From: Eledone cirrhosa
Taxonomy: Eukaryota
DNA: 64,000 bases
Direction: 5' to 3'
Assembly: GCA_964016885.1 (NCBI GenBank)
Contig: OZ024743.1
Span: 270,506,001-270,570,000, forward strand
Shown: positions 27,228 through 41,132 of the stretch, piece after piece
How the letters are laid out: each line of letters begins with the position of its first letter
How positions within the stretch are numbered: position 1 is the stretch's first letter
The notes under the pieces: model-generated
The model's database searches: none
Told to the model about the DNA's origin: nothing
Seen by the model: only the letters and a program-made list of their open reading frames with translations
Position numbers and translations under genes: made by a program

Positions 27228-27394
27228 TAAAATTCCGCTATAACGAAATTCACAAGTAAAAAAAAACATTCGTTGTAACGAAAAATTCTTCATAACGAGA
27301 ACGACCCAAAACATTGAACGTGTGGCCGGGGATTGAAAAAAGTTCGTTGTACTGAAAAGTTCATTGTAATGGTATTCGTTATAACGGAATTTTA
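27228..27394. mobile_element. Tc1/mariner (Tigger-like) MITE
   Basis: TIR TAAAATTCCGCTATAACGAA / TTCGTTATAACGGAATTTTA; internal TAACGA reiterations. Confidence 0.7.
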
Positions 27395-27498
27395 TATATA
27401 TATATACGCAAAAGTTATATTTAATTTGTTGGGATTCAACAACCTTAAAAATGTTATAACTGATATGAAGCACTCAACAGTTTACTGGAGTAAATATT

Positions 27499-27701
27499 CA
27501 ATATATTAATAAATGGAAACTATATTTATAAAGCCATAATTATTTTATTACATATATTTCAAGGGCAACCAAGGCAAATTTTGGTGCGCTTTCATCAGAT
27601 AAAATACAAAATTTGTTTTATAAAACAAATTTTGCCCTTGAAATATATATAATTAAATAATTATGGTTTTATAAATATAGTTTCCATTTATTAATATATT
27701 G
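27499..27701. mobile_element. Fold-back module with HHR-like core on minus strand (27547-27603)
   Basis: IR 27499-27566 / 27634-27701; same family as 35895-36005. Confidence 0.7.
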
Positions 27702-27716
27702 TATATATATATATAT

Positions 27717-29181
<1,465 letters not shown>

Positions 29182-29729
29182 GTGCATGTTTACATTCAAA
29201 AAGGTATATAAAAATATATAGTTTCAAGGAGTATAATTTTGTTACAACTTCATAACACAAAGTGTCGGCTTATATAAATTTTGCTGTTCATAACACTATT
29301 TATATGAAAAAAATTGTATGTAGGTCACAATGATTCAATTTAACCCGAATCAGTTTACAACGGCGTATTATCTCCTTGATATGTCATGTCCAGTCTTAAC
29401 CGCAAGATATAAGTATCAGTTACAAATAGTGACACATAAGTGTGAGTGTGTGTGTGTATCTATGTGTGTGTGCGTGAGCATGTGTGAGTGAGTGTGTGTG
29501 AGCGTGTGGGTGGGTGTATGTGTGTGTATGTGTGTATGTGTGTGCGTGTAAGTGTGTGTGTGTGTGTCTTTGTGTGTGTGTGTGTGTGTGTGAATGTGTG
29601 TGTGTGTGTCTGTGTGTCTGTTTGTGTGTCTGTCTGTCTGTGTGTCTGTGTGTGTCTATGTATAGGTGTGTGTGTGCGTGTGAGTGTGTGTGTATTCTAT
29701 GTGTGTCAGTGTGTCTGTGTGTGTGTGTC

Positions 29730-29760
<31 letters not shown>

Positions 29761-31125
29761 GTGTATGTGTGTGTGTGTGTGTGTGTGTGTCTATGTATGT
29801 GTGCTTATATGCATGTAACTTTTATCTGAGTATATGTAACCATTTAGATATGTGGTGGTTGTGGTGGCGGTGGGGGCGTCACATGAGTGAAGAAATAAGT
29901 TTTAAAACCGTTAATTTGCATTCGCGAATCTTATTTCATGTCAATGAAATTTATATTGCAGCTAAACGACATGTATGTATATTGTTTATGTATTCACACT
30001 ATTTAACTTAATGTGTGTTGCATAAAAATGTATTTCATATTTTTACTGGTCTTACATGCACACGTTTCCTATTACGTCACACATCTTTTCGCTTTCAGTT
30101 TTTACATTTACTATTTTACAGAATGGAATTAGTAGTTTGCCGTGATTTTAATATAGAAATTACGTATTTTTGCATGTTAAATGTAAATAAACAATTAGTG
30201 ACACACCAACAATTTAGTGTCCCCATTTTCTCAATAATACATATTTTGAAGGAACAGTTTTTTCGGAGATATAGATTATGATTAAGTTTATAAAAATATT
30301 TTCTTCGGCAGCAATTCCTAGTTGTTGAAATGACATTACGTTCTTGTAGAAAATCTATGAAATTATTCTGTTGATATTATTATTTACCAACATAAAATTG
30401 GAAGGCATGATCAGAATATTCCTGACTTTACGTTCAGCCAATATTCTAAACAAATTTCATCAGCCCAATTGTGCACTACACATTCGAAAATGTATCTCTG
30501 CAAAAATGTCATAAAAATATGTATTATTCACAAAGTTATGAGGAAACAAATTCGAGCGGTGGTAGCATAAATTATAGTTATGCCTTATTGCTGCTGTAAG
30601 ACAGCCAACATATTCAAAATATCTAAAACAATCGTTGAAAATCGTTCGGAGAAATTGTTTCATGTTTCAGTTGAATTGAAGACTGGAAGTTTAAAAATGG
30701 GAGAGATGAGTTGCCACGTCTAAACCCCCAGGGTGGCCGATCTATTTTCTTTTAACAAAATTCTTCTGATAAATGGAAATAATCGAGTATGTACTCCTCA
30801 TACAACGGCTTGTAGTCGAGCCAGTGCAGTACACACATAACTTTCTTCCATTGTAGTTGGATTATATTATTGTTAGATGCTTCTGTTCTTCTATTAACTA
30901 TGATACTTTAAACTGCACGCTTACTAAATTTTGTAAAATGATATCCCTGAGTCCGAGTAAGATTGATGAGCTCCAGTCACCGCTGATATATATGATACGA
31001 TACATACACATACACATACACATACACACACGCACACACACACACATATACATACACATACATACACACACATACATACACACACGCACATAAACACACT
31101 CACACACACACGCACAGAGAAATAC

Positions 31126-31158
<33 letters not shown>

Positions 31159-31603
31159 CGAATATATGAAAATTCAAGCTAATTTAAAGTTGCTTCAACG
31201 CCCGTTTTTGACTATGAAGTATAATCTAATAAGTTGGGCATATAAGCTCCAAGACAGAAAAAAGGTGACTCGAGCTGACATCGGCCGTATACCGTTATAT
31301 ATATCAATCAGCCAGGATAAACAGACTATTTTTAGAACTGTTGAATCAGTTGTAAATTTTGAATTAATGCTGACTTAAAGTTACCAACTTCAACTTATAT
31401 ACTCAACATAGGCTATTTTTTATAGTCAGACGTGTGTTAACTAAAAGATAGCTTTAATTTCAAACTTCGTAACTCGCTCAACAATTCTAAAAGTAGACTG
31501 CGCATATATATATATATATATATATACATTCGGTAATCAAGGATGCAATTCACTTCTAGCACTCAACGTCATATTACTTCCTATAAACAAGGATGACGGA
31601 GTA

Positions 31604-31652
<49 letters not shown>

Positions 31653-31837
31653 TTAATACAATAACAGAGATAGCTTAAAGCTAAACTCTGACTGGTAACC
31701 ATCTCACTCAACAAACATTAGGTTATATGTTAGTATAAACCCAATTTAAGTGTTTGGGGTGCTAACTATATGTATTATGTGGAAAGCCACTTGTATTATT
31801 TTGTGAGATGTAATTAAAGTTAAAATATATTTCTCTT

Positions 31838-31960
31838 TCCAAACAATTGTTTCATTATAAGTTTTCTACAAATTAGGAGAATATTTCCAGTTTATGTAGA
31901 AGCCTAACATATATTCATGTAAGAATATATTTAGCTGGGCGTTTATAAATCATCAGTGGA
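31838..31960 (-). ncRNA. Hammerhead ribozyme with long branched stem II, copy 1 (module 31652-31994)
   Basis: Reverse-complement homologue of 36167-36289; TCCA/TGGA stem I, CTGATGA and GAAACAATTGTT all intact. Confidence 0.8.
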
Positions 31961-32010
31961 AGCCCATTAAACTTTGATATAAGAAAAAATTCTTATATAT
32001 ATATATCCTC

Positions 32011-32044
32011 AGCTGAGGATCCGCTAAGGTGAAACAATTGTTCT
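32011..32044 (+). ncRNA. Minimal hammerhead ribozyme
   Basis: ag-CTGAGGA-tCC-gctaa-GGt-GAA-ACAATTGT-T-ct; module 32005-32145 between TA runs; starts with palindrome ATCCTCAGCTGAGGAT. Confidence 0.65.
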
Positions 32045-32164
32045 CGGTATGGTGAACTTACTGTTGTGTAACCACTTCTACCTAACTCGTGCCATGGACT
32101 GCGTGCTCTACCACTACGAATATTACCTTCCAGTGTTCTACCGCTATATATATATGCACACATA

Positions 32165-33423
32165 TCTGGTCTGGCCGGCGGAGTCATGCACTTCCTATTG
32201 AAGCTCCTTTGACGCTACTACTCTATCTCCCGGAAGAGGAAGCTCCGTATCTACCACACATCGATCCTCTCCGTTCTTCTCTATGGAAACGTGGCTCCTC
32301 ACAAATAATCTGACTAAGGGGATCGACGGCTTCGATAGTAGAGCTCTGAAGATCATCGAGAACATCATGGTACCACCACGTTTCCAATAAAGAGTTGCGT
32401 GCGCGCAAGCATCAGTCTGCAGCCCTCCGCCTCATAGCCATCTACCTCATGCGACTGGTACAGACATGTGATCCGTCTGCTGCCAGATCACCCTACCAGG
32501 GCCTTACTCACGTTCGACGCAGCAGCTATAGGCTGAAGAGGCTCTGTGGCAGGTATTGTACCAAATACCTGGATGTCAATAAAGAAGATCTCCGGAGGCA
32601 CTACGTCACTTTGGAGGATGCAGAGGGGATAGCACGGGACCGTCAGTGATGGAGAGCACTGACGGACCTGGTCGGCTCTAGGCATGATGATGCCTCTGGG
32701 ATCACTGACCAGGATGACCCAGTCTCATGAAGAAGAAGAAGAAGAAGAAGAAGAAGAAGAAGAAGAAGAAGAAGAAGAAGAAGAAGAAGAAGAAGAGGGG
32801 GGAGAGGGAGGTGGAGAAAAAGAAGAAGAAAAAGAAGAAGAAGAAGAAGAAGAAGAAGAAGAAGAAGATGAAGAAGAAGAAGAAGAAGAAGAAGAAGAAG
32901 AAGAAGAAGAAGAAGAAGAAGAAGAAGAAGAAGAAGATGAAGAAGAAGAAGAAGAAGAAGAAGAAGAAGAAGAAGAAGAAGAAGAAGAAGAAGAAGAAGA
33001 AGAAGAAGATGAAGAAGAAGAAGAAGAAGAAGAAGAAGAAGAAGAAGAAGAAGAAGAAGAAGAAGAAGACAGGGTAGGAGGAGGAGGGGGAGAAGGAGGT
33101 GGAGAAAAAGAAGGAGAGCACTAGAAGAAAAAGAAGAAGAAGAAAGAAGAAGAAGAAGAAGAAGAAGAAGAAGAAGAAGAAGAAGAAGAAGAAGAAGAAG
33201 ACAGGGTAGGAGGAGGGGGGAGAAGGAGGTGGAGAAAAAGAAGGAGAGCACTAGAAGAAGAAGAAGAAGAAGAAGAAGAAGAAGAAGAAGAAGAAGAAGA
33301 AGAAGAAGAAGAGGAGGAGGAGTGGGAGGAGGGGGGGAGAAGGAGGTGGAGAAGAAGAAGAAGAAGAAGAAGAAGAAGAAGAAGAAGAAGAAGAAGAAGA
33401 AGAAGAAGAAGAAGAAGAAGAAG
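32165..33423 (+). mobile_element. RTE LINE 3' fragment with greatly expanded (GAA)n tail
   Basis: Remnant motifs VLLY.ETW, RGSTASIVEL-frame/IDGFDSRALKIIENIMVPP, HVSNKELR, WRALTDLVGS; GAA tract 32728-33423. Confidence 0.65.
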
Positions 33424-33559
33424 ATATACGACATTGCTTTCTAACACAACACGCGCTGTCACTATTTTCTATTATTTTCCCATTTACCTTTAATTTTTGT
33501 CTACCTTCCTTTTTCTTCGTCTTTCTCTCACACCATCTGCTCTCCTCTCTCTCACTTTA

Positions 33560-33595
33560 GCTTCCGATGATGGACAATCGTTCGAAACGTTAAGA
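33560..33595 (+). ncRNA. Degenerate minimal hammerhead (GAAACGT family)
   Basis: ctt-CCGATGA-tGGAC-aatc-GTTC-GAA-ACGT-T-aag; downstream flank homologous to the 11401-11440 reverse complement. Confidence 0.65.
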
Positions 33596-33952
33596 CTCTT
33601 TTCCAACTATATCAAGAATTAAACTAATAAATCATCATTGTATTGAATTGTTTTCCTGTGTTGTTTTCCCTTGTTGACGTTTCATATATATATATATATA
33701 TATGTGTGTATGTGTGTGATGCGCGCGCGCGCGCGTTGTGTGTGTGTGCGTGAGTGTGCGTATGTGAATGGGTGTGAGTGTGTGTATGTGAGAATGCGCA
33801 TTAGTGTGTGCAAGTGCGCCGTATTATAATGCTTCCATAAAGTAATTAAGCAGAATTATATTTTGTTCTGCATACGCACACGCATACACACCCACATACA
33901 AACAAACGCGCGCACACAAACACATATATATATATATGTATATATATATATT

Positions 33953-34012
<60 letters not shown>

Positions 34013-34140
34013 TGTATGCCTGTGTGTGTGTATACATACATATATATATACATATGCATCTATACAAGCATACATCTATACAAGCATACACATATATATA
34101 CATGTGTGTTTGTGTATATATGTATATATTATATGTTGTT

Positions 34141-34175
<35 letters not shown>

Positions 34176-35158
34176 ATATATATGTATATATATATATATA
34201 TATGTGTATGTATTTATGTATTTATGCATGTACGTATGTGTAACATTATCTAAAATATTAACTTAACCATAATCAAAGGACTGTGAAAACCATGTTTAAA
34301 AATTTGGACCGTTTTTATTGAAGTGGATATTAGAATGTTTCAGTTTGGCTATAGGCCGTTCTTATGGTAAGTTTAGTTGTTACACATCAATTCTAACAAC
34401 TGTCTATCTCTCTATTGATCGACCAAGCTTTCGATCTTGCTAGACAATAATGTTTTGATGTAAGATTAATGATTAGACACACCTCACCTTGATATTTTAT
34501 CTGAGACCGTATTATATAAATGCGGCTACGGCGATGGTTGGGTATGGTGGTATAAGTGATGAGAATTTAGCTGACGGTGTTGATGTTGTAAGTATGTTTG
34601 TTGATAATAGTATTAGTAATGATTCTGTCTAGTGTCAATACTGGTGCCGATATTAGTGTATCAGAAATAAAGGAATCAGACCGTATAAGACTTGGTACAA
34701 TATTTACTGAGAATAGATTTAGAAATACTTAAACGAATAAGACATGAAGACATGGTATAACTTTTATACAGGAAAGAGAATCTAAGAAATGAAATATTTT
34801 AGATGCGTTAGATTAGTATTCTTGCTATAATTAAACGCCAACAACAAAACAGATAGTATTAATACACTAGGTGTACCAAATGATGATCTATATAGTTGAA
34901 ATGTAATCAACTGGAAGAGAAGTGAATTAATAACTCTAGTCATAAAAACAAACAGGAAAAATTAATGCGAACTCTTAAAGCATAGTGCTGAAATGAGACA
35001 TTTATAGATTGAGCTTTACCACAGACAAAGAGAGATGAATAGATATTTAGTTAGACAACTACTATAAAACCACAAATGAAGACGATCGACTGAATTTTGT
35101 TTTCCATAGTTTCTGCCAATATATGCATTTGCTATTAATAGTTTATTATTATCATTAC

Positions 35159-35202
<44 letters not shown>

Positions 35203-35203
<1 letters not shown>

Positions 35204-35600
35204 GGCGGTGGAGTGGCAGTATCGGTAGAGGGTCGGACGCCATGCTTTGCAGCAAAGAGTTACGGCCGTTTATGGTCTGAGTTCAAATCCCGCCGAGGTT
35301 AACTTTGCCTTACAAGGTCGATAAAATAAAGTACCAGTAATGTAGTGGTATCAATTTAATCGACTTTCCCCTTCCTCAAAATTGCTCGCCTTGTGCCTGT
35401 ATAAGAAACTATTATTATTATTATTATTATTATTATGGTCGAATCGTTAAAGTGTCAGGAAAATACTTAGTAGTATTTGTTCCAGCTCTCTATGTTCTGA
35501 GTTCAAATCTTGCCGAAGTCAACTTTACTTTTCACCCTCACGGGGTCGATAAAATAAAGTACCAGTAACGCATTGGTGTCGATTTAATCGACTTTCCACG
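35203..35600 (+). mobile_element. Two tandem family-A SINEs with (TTA)n tails
   Basis: B box GAGTTCAAATC and GGTCGATAAAATAAAGTACCAG core occur twice. Confidence 0.85.
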
Positions 35601-35681
35601 TCCCCAATTGTTATTATAAAGAAAATGTTTGTGGATTGGCAATATCGGTATAGTGTCGGAGAAAATGTTTTGCGATGTTTA

Positions 35682-35801
<120 letters not shown>

Positions 35802-35904
35802 GAGCTATATATATATATATATATCCAGGAAGCTCCAACCGTTAAGGTTGTCTTTTTTCAGGGTATGTCAATATTTATTAATAAAACTAATCTGTATTGT
35901 ATTT

Positions 35905-35958
35905 TATCTGATGAAAGCGCACCATAATTTGCCTTGGTGGCCCTTGAAATATGTATAA
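35905..35958 (+). ncRNA. Hammerhead-like motif (ATCTGATGAAA family)
   Basis: CTGATGA-AAGcgCACC...GGTGgccCTT-GAAATATGTATAA. Confidence 0.55.
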
Positions 35959-36166
35959 TAAAATAAATATGGTTTTATAAATATAGTTTCCATTTGTTAA
36001 TATTGTATATATATATTCCGCTTCGTGACGCTATGATACTTCCTCAGTCTAAAGACTGCTGGAATTTCAAATTTGGCGGTCATTCGATGCGTGAAGGGAC
36101 AACTTAGCGGACACGAAAATTAACTGCGGTAAGGAATTTTTTTCTTATATCAAAGTTTAATGGGCA

Positions 36167-36289
36167 TCCACTGATGATTTATAAGTGCCCACCTACATAT
36201 ATTCTCACAGGAAAATATGTTAGGCTTCTACATAAACTGGAAACTTTCTCCCAACTTGTAGAAAACTTATAATGAAACAATTGTTTGGA
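36167..36289 (+). ncRNA. Hammerhead ribozyme with long branched stem II, copy 2 (module ~36130-36435)
   Basis: TCCA-CTGATGA-tTTATAAG-[80 nt]-CTTATAAt-GAA-ACAATTGT-T-TGGA. Confidence 0.85.
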
Positions 36290-36431
36290 AAGAGAGATAT
36301 ATTTTAACTTTAATTATATCTCATATAAAATAATACAACTGGCTTTCCACAAAATACATATAGTTAGCACCCCAAACACTAAATTGGGTTACCAGTCGGA
36401 GTTTAGCTTAAAGCTTTCTCTGTTATTGTAT

Positions 36432-36495
<64 letters not shown>

Positions 36496-36819
36496 ATGTT
36501 GAAAAGTAACACACGAGTTGATATATATAAAAAAAATAGTAGAAACGAAAAAAGATTTTTTTCAGTAGAAAATGCTGAATGGAGAGATTCTTTCAGTGTA
36601 ATATCATTAATTTATTTACAAAGTGGATACTTCCGCATTTAATATACCGGTTTCGGCATTATATGCATTGTAAATTGCAAATATGAATAATCTTGTTAAG
36701 TTGCATATTTATACAAATAATAGTAATAATAAGAAGAAAAAGGGGAGAAAAAAATATTTTCACATACATATTCTGAGAGAATTCATTTCCCTATCGTGTC
36801 TGTCCTTCTTTCTCTGTTA

Positions 36820-37155
36820 ACAGATATAATGATATGGGACAGGAAAAAGAATGCATGCTCAGTAGTGAATGTTAACTGTCCAGCAGATGCCAATATAATA
36901 TTAAAGATTAGCGAAAAGGAGAATATCTACGCAGAACTAATGAGAAATCTGCAAATACTCCACCCTGACTATACCTTCAGAATTGTACCTGTGGTTACTG
37001 GGGCACTGGGATAAATTAGTAACTGCCTCAATACAAATCTTGAGAAGCTGGACTTCACAGAAACAGAAAGAACACGACTAGTTAGGAAATTACAAGTACA
37101 ATCCATTAATGGAACAGTAAAAATATTTAAAACATACCAAAAATTCTGCATCTAA
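36820..37155 (+). pseudogene. R4/Dong-like LINE restriction-like endonuclease (REL) 3' fragment
   Basis: DIMIWDRKKNACSVVNVNCPAD.NI..KISEKENIYAEL...IVPVVTGALG, in-frame stop, ...KLQVQSINGTVKIFK. Confidence 0.75.
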
Positions 37156-37428
37156 TAACTGCATATACACATGTACAGATACAAAGCATATATACACATG
37201 AACACATATAATTCGAAACATACAACTCCACACATAGTATAACATCCATACCTGCATACACACAGACACATGCATGTAGACATACATACATATTTACCTA
37301 GTTGATGTGTAAATTCCAATGAGGGAGTCTTCTATCTATGTTAGAAACTGACTTTCTCTCTCTCTATTGATAAAAAATTGTGAAATTATAAAACCAGAAG
37401 AACATACATATTTTCATACATACATACA

Positions 37429-37462
<34 letters not shown>

Positions 37463-38414
37463 CATATATACATACATTTTATGTTTAAAAAAAACACCCT
37501 TTTTACAGAGGATTTTCATATTTCCGTGTTAGATCTTTATGATTAATTTTCAAGAATAACATCTCTAAACCCATCAGCCTACTTCTGTTTCAAAACCCTC
37601 TCGGTTTCATTGACGCATAGAGTTATAGCCCATGTCATACTCAGTTCAAATCCCGCCAAGGTTAACTTTGCCTTTCATCCTTACGGGGTCGATAAAATAA
37701 AGTACCAGCAATGCACTGGGATAATTGCTGACCCTGTGCCAAAAGTAGAAATAATTATTAGAATGAAATGAGGTAATGTTAGACCTCCATCGGTTTCAAC
37801 AACGAATGTTCCAGTTCAGCGAACAACGGAATGTTACCTTTACTCTTAAGCAGTTCTCAGGAAGATTCAGTGTGACATAATGTGTGACAAGGCTGGTCCA
37901 CTTTCGATTACAGGTACAACTCATTTTTCCAGCTGTGTGGACTGGAGAAACATGAAATAGAGTGTATTGCTCAAGGGTTCAACAGAATTATCACCAGGAA
38001 TTGAAGCCACGACTTTACGATCACGAGCTGAACATCCTAACCTGTAAGCCATCCACCTTCAATACAACGGTAATAATGTTGTGTTGTTCTCGTGCTTTGC
38101 AGTAGATCGCAAAGTATCATAGGAATACTAATAAAATTTTCAAAACCTAATTAAAAAAATTATTCAATGTTAAGTCCTGTTCATTCACGTGTTTGTGGTT
38201 TCGTATTGATGAGAATACTTTTCATTTAGAGTGTTTTGTAATAATATAGTGTATGTGTTTATGGTTAATTGTGATGTATATTAAAATAGAAAACACAAAA
38301 TCAAAAACAAAATAAAAGAATGCACATGTCCCAGATACACAGATCTACGCTTAGTTTATGCCGTAAAAGTACGCAATTAAAATTGAAGATACTAGAATTT
38401 AAGAAAATAAAGTA

Positions 38415-39180
38415 TTGGTTTCTGATTTAAGCACATGGCCAACAATATTAGGGGAGGGGAAAGTTGATTAAATCGACCCAGTGTGTTACTGGTACTTTAT
38501 TTTATCGACCCCGTAAGGATGAAAGGCAAAGCTAACCTCGGTGAGATTTGAACTCAGGACGCTAATTATCGTAAGTGGGTGCAGTAAAAATTCTGTCAAT
38601 TCACCGCCCTAATAATAATTGTTTCTACTTTGGGCCCAAGGCCAGCAAATACCCAGTGCATTACTGGTATTTTATTTTATCGACCCCGTAAGGATGAAAG
38701 GCAAAGTCAACCTCGGCAGGATTTGAACTCAGATCGTAAAGGGACGTAACTATGCTGGAAAGCATGGCGTCCGACCCTCTACCGATACTGCCAATCCACC
38801 CCTAATAATAATGATTTCTAGTATAGGCACAAGGCCAACAATTTTGAGGGGAGGAGTAAATCGATTAAATCGACACCAGTGCATTACTGGTACTTTATGT
38901 TATCGACCCCGTAAGGATGAAAGGCAAAGTTAACCTCGGCGGGATTTGAACTCAGACCATAAAGGGCTGTAACTCTTTGCTGCAAAGCATGGTGTCCGAC
39001 ACTCTACCGATACTACCAATCCACCATCTCCCTTATAAAATAATTGTTTCTACTTTTGGCACAAAGCCAGCAATTATTTCAGTATATTACTGGTACTTTA
39101 TGTTATCGATCCCGTAAGAATGAAAGGCAAAGTCAACCTCGGCGGTGTCCGACCCTCTACTGATACTGCCAATCCACCGC
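38415..39180 (-). mobile_element. Array of four family-A SINEs
   Basis: Consensus repeated at ~38415-38608, 38612-38800, 38808-39025 and 39040-39180 (last one internally deleted). Confidence 0.85.
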
Positions 39181-39189
39181 CTCTATAAC

Positions 39190-39392
39190 AATAATGATAA
39201 TGTTAATGATAATGATGCTGATGAGGATAATGATGATGATGATGATGATGGTGGTGATGATGATGATGATAATGATGTTGTTGATAATGATTATGATGAT
39301 AATGTTGATGATGATGATAATAATGTTGATGATGATGATTATGATGATAATGATGATGATGAGGATTATGATATTGATGATGATGATGACAT

Positions 39393-39426
<34 letters not shown>
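39190..39426. repeat. (GAT)n-type microsatellite
   Basis: Direct reading. Confidence 0.9.
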
Positions 39427-39817
39427 CGCCTTCGTCGTGTGTGTTTTTTTGTTTGTTTTTGTTTTTTGTTTGTTGTTTCTTGTTATTATCATCAATCTAT
39501 GCATTTCGTTATTTAAATTCTTAGCTATACACACATCATCCACTGGCACCTTGTCTGTTTGGAGCTGAGTTCCCACCCCATCCACCTCACCACTAACACT
39601 CTCCCACCGTCTAACCTATCACCGTCAACCAGAGACCATCAATGACAGATATCTGATTGCTCCTTATATTGGCGCCTGATCAAAGAACCAGTAGATTTCT
39701 GTGTGATGTATGAATATGTGTAGAGTGTGACATGTGTGTATGTGTAAGTCTGGGTGGGTATCTGTGTGATGTATTTCTGAATGTGTGTGAGTTGTGTTTG
39801 TATGTATCTATATATAC

Positions 39818-39968
<151 letters not shown>

Positions 39969-40077
39969 AAAAGATACAGGACCCCTGATATATATATATA
40001 TATATATACACATATGTATATTTATATACATATATTTGTATATATACATATATTTGTATATATACATATATATGTAA

Positions 40078-40266
<189 letters not shown>

Positions 40267-40272
40267 CATATG

Positions 40273-40457
<185 letters not shown>

Positions 40458-40915
40458 CTCTGTCTATGTGCGTATGTGTGGCATGGTGTGTACGTGTGTG
40501 AGTGTTGCATATCTCATAAGCGTGAGAAAAAATTAATAAATAAAATAGTGAGGGCGATCGATTGAACCGTAGCTAGATATAGACAGGCAGGATGGATAGG
40601 ATTGGTAGATAGATAGAGAGAGAGAGAGAGACGGAGAGTGAGAGAGAGAGAGAAGGAGAGATTTGATCAGCGTCAGTGAAGATATGTTGCAGAATCTGTT
40701 CCAGTTTGTTTGCATTCTGGGTTCGTTTCTATCTTTGTTTCAATCCCCCGTGCCATGCTGCAGGCCAAGCACAGCGAGTAAGGCAACTTCTCAAAACTGT
40801 GATGAAACAAAATAGACGGTGGTGGGGTGAGTCAAGGAAGATTGTTCCAACATTAGGATAAAAAATATAGATATCCATTTATCCCATTTCCTTCCCTGCT
40901 CTTTTTGTGTATATA

Positions 40916-41006
<91 letters not shown>

Positions 41007-41009
<3 letters not shown>

Positions 41010-41045
41010 ACTTTGATAACTTTGATAACTTTGATAACTTTGATA
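41007..41045 (-). repeat. LINE 3' tail, 9-bp unit (ATAACTTTG)x4
   Basis: Short tandem tail ~90 bp after the LINE stop codon, as in CR1/L2-group elements. Confidence 0.75.
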
Positions 41046-41132
41046 GGTTTCGGCCAGTATTGGCCCAGGCCATGTCTAACTTAATAGCACCACCTGGCGA
41101 AGTCTTACAAATCAGTGTTTGGGAACCATGGC

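Noticed and set aside
30230-30900. Possible mariner transposase remnant on minus strand
   Set aside because: Only a faint PP..D.A-like resemblance; too degenerate to call
32643-33462. Poly-E/K/R/L/F ORFs
   Set aside because: (GAA)n tail expansion of an RTE fragment
40725-40800. Minus-strand TTGAGAA...GAAAC
   Set aside because: Stem II and III pairing too poor
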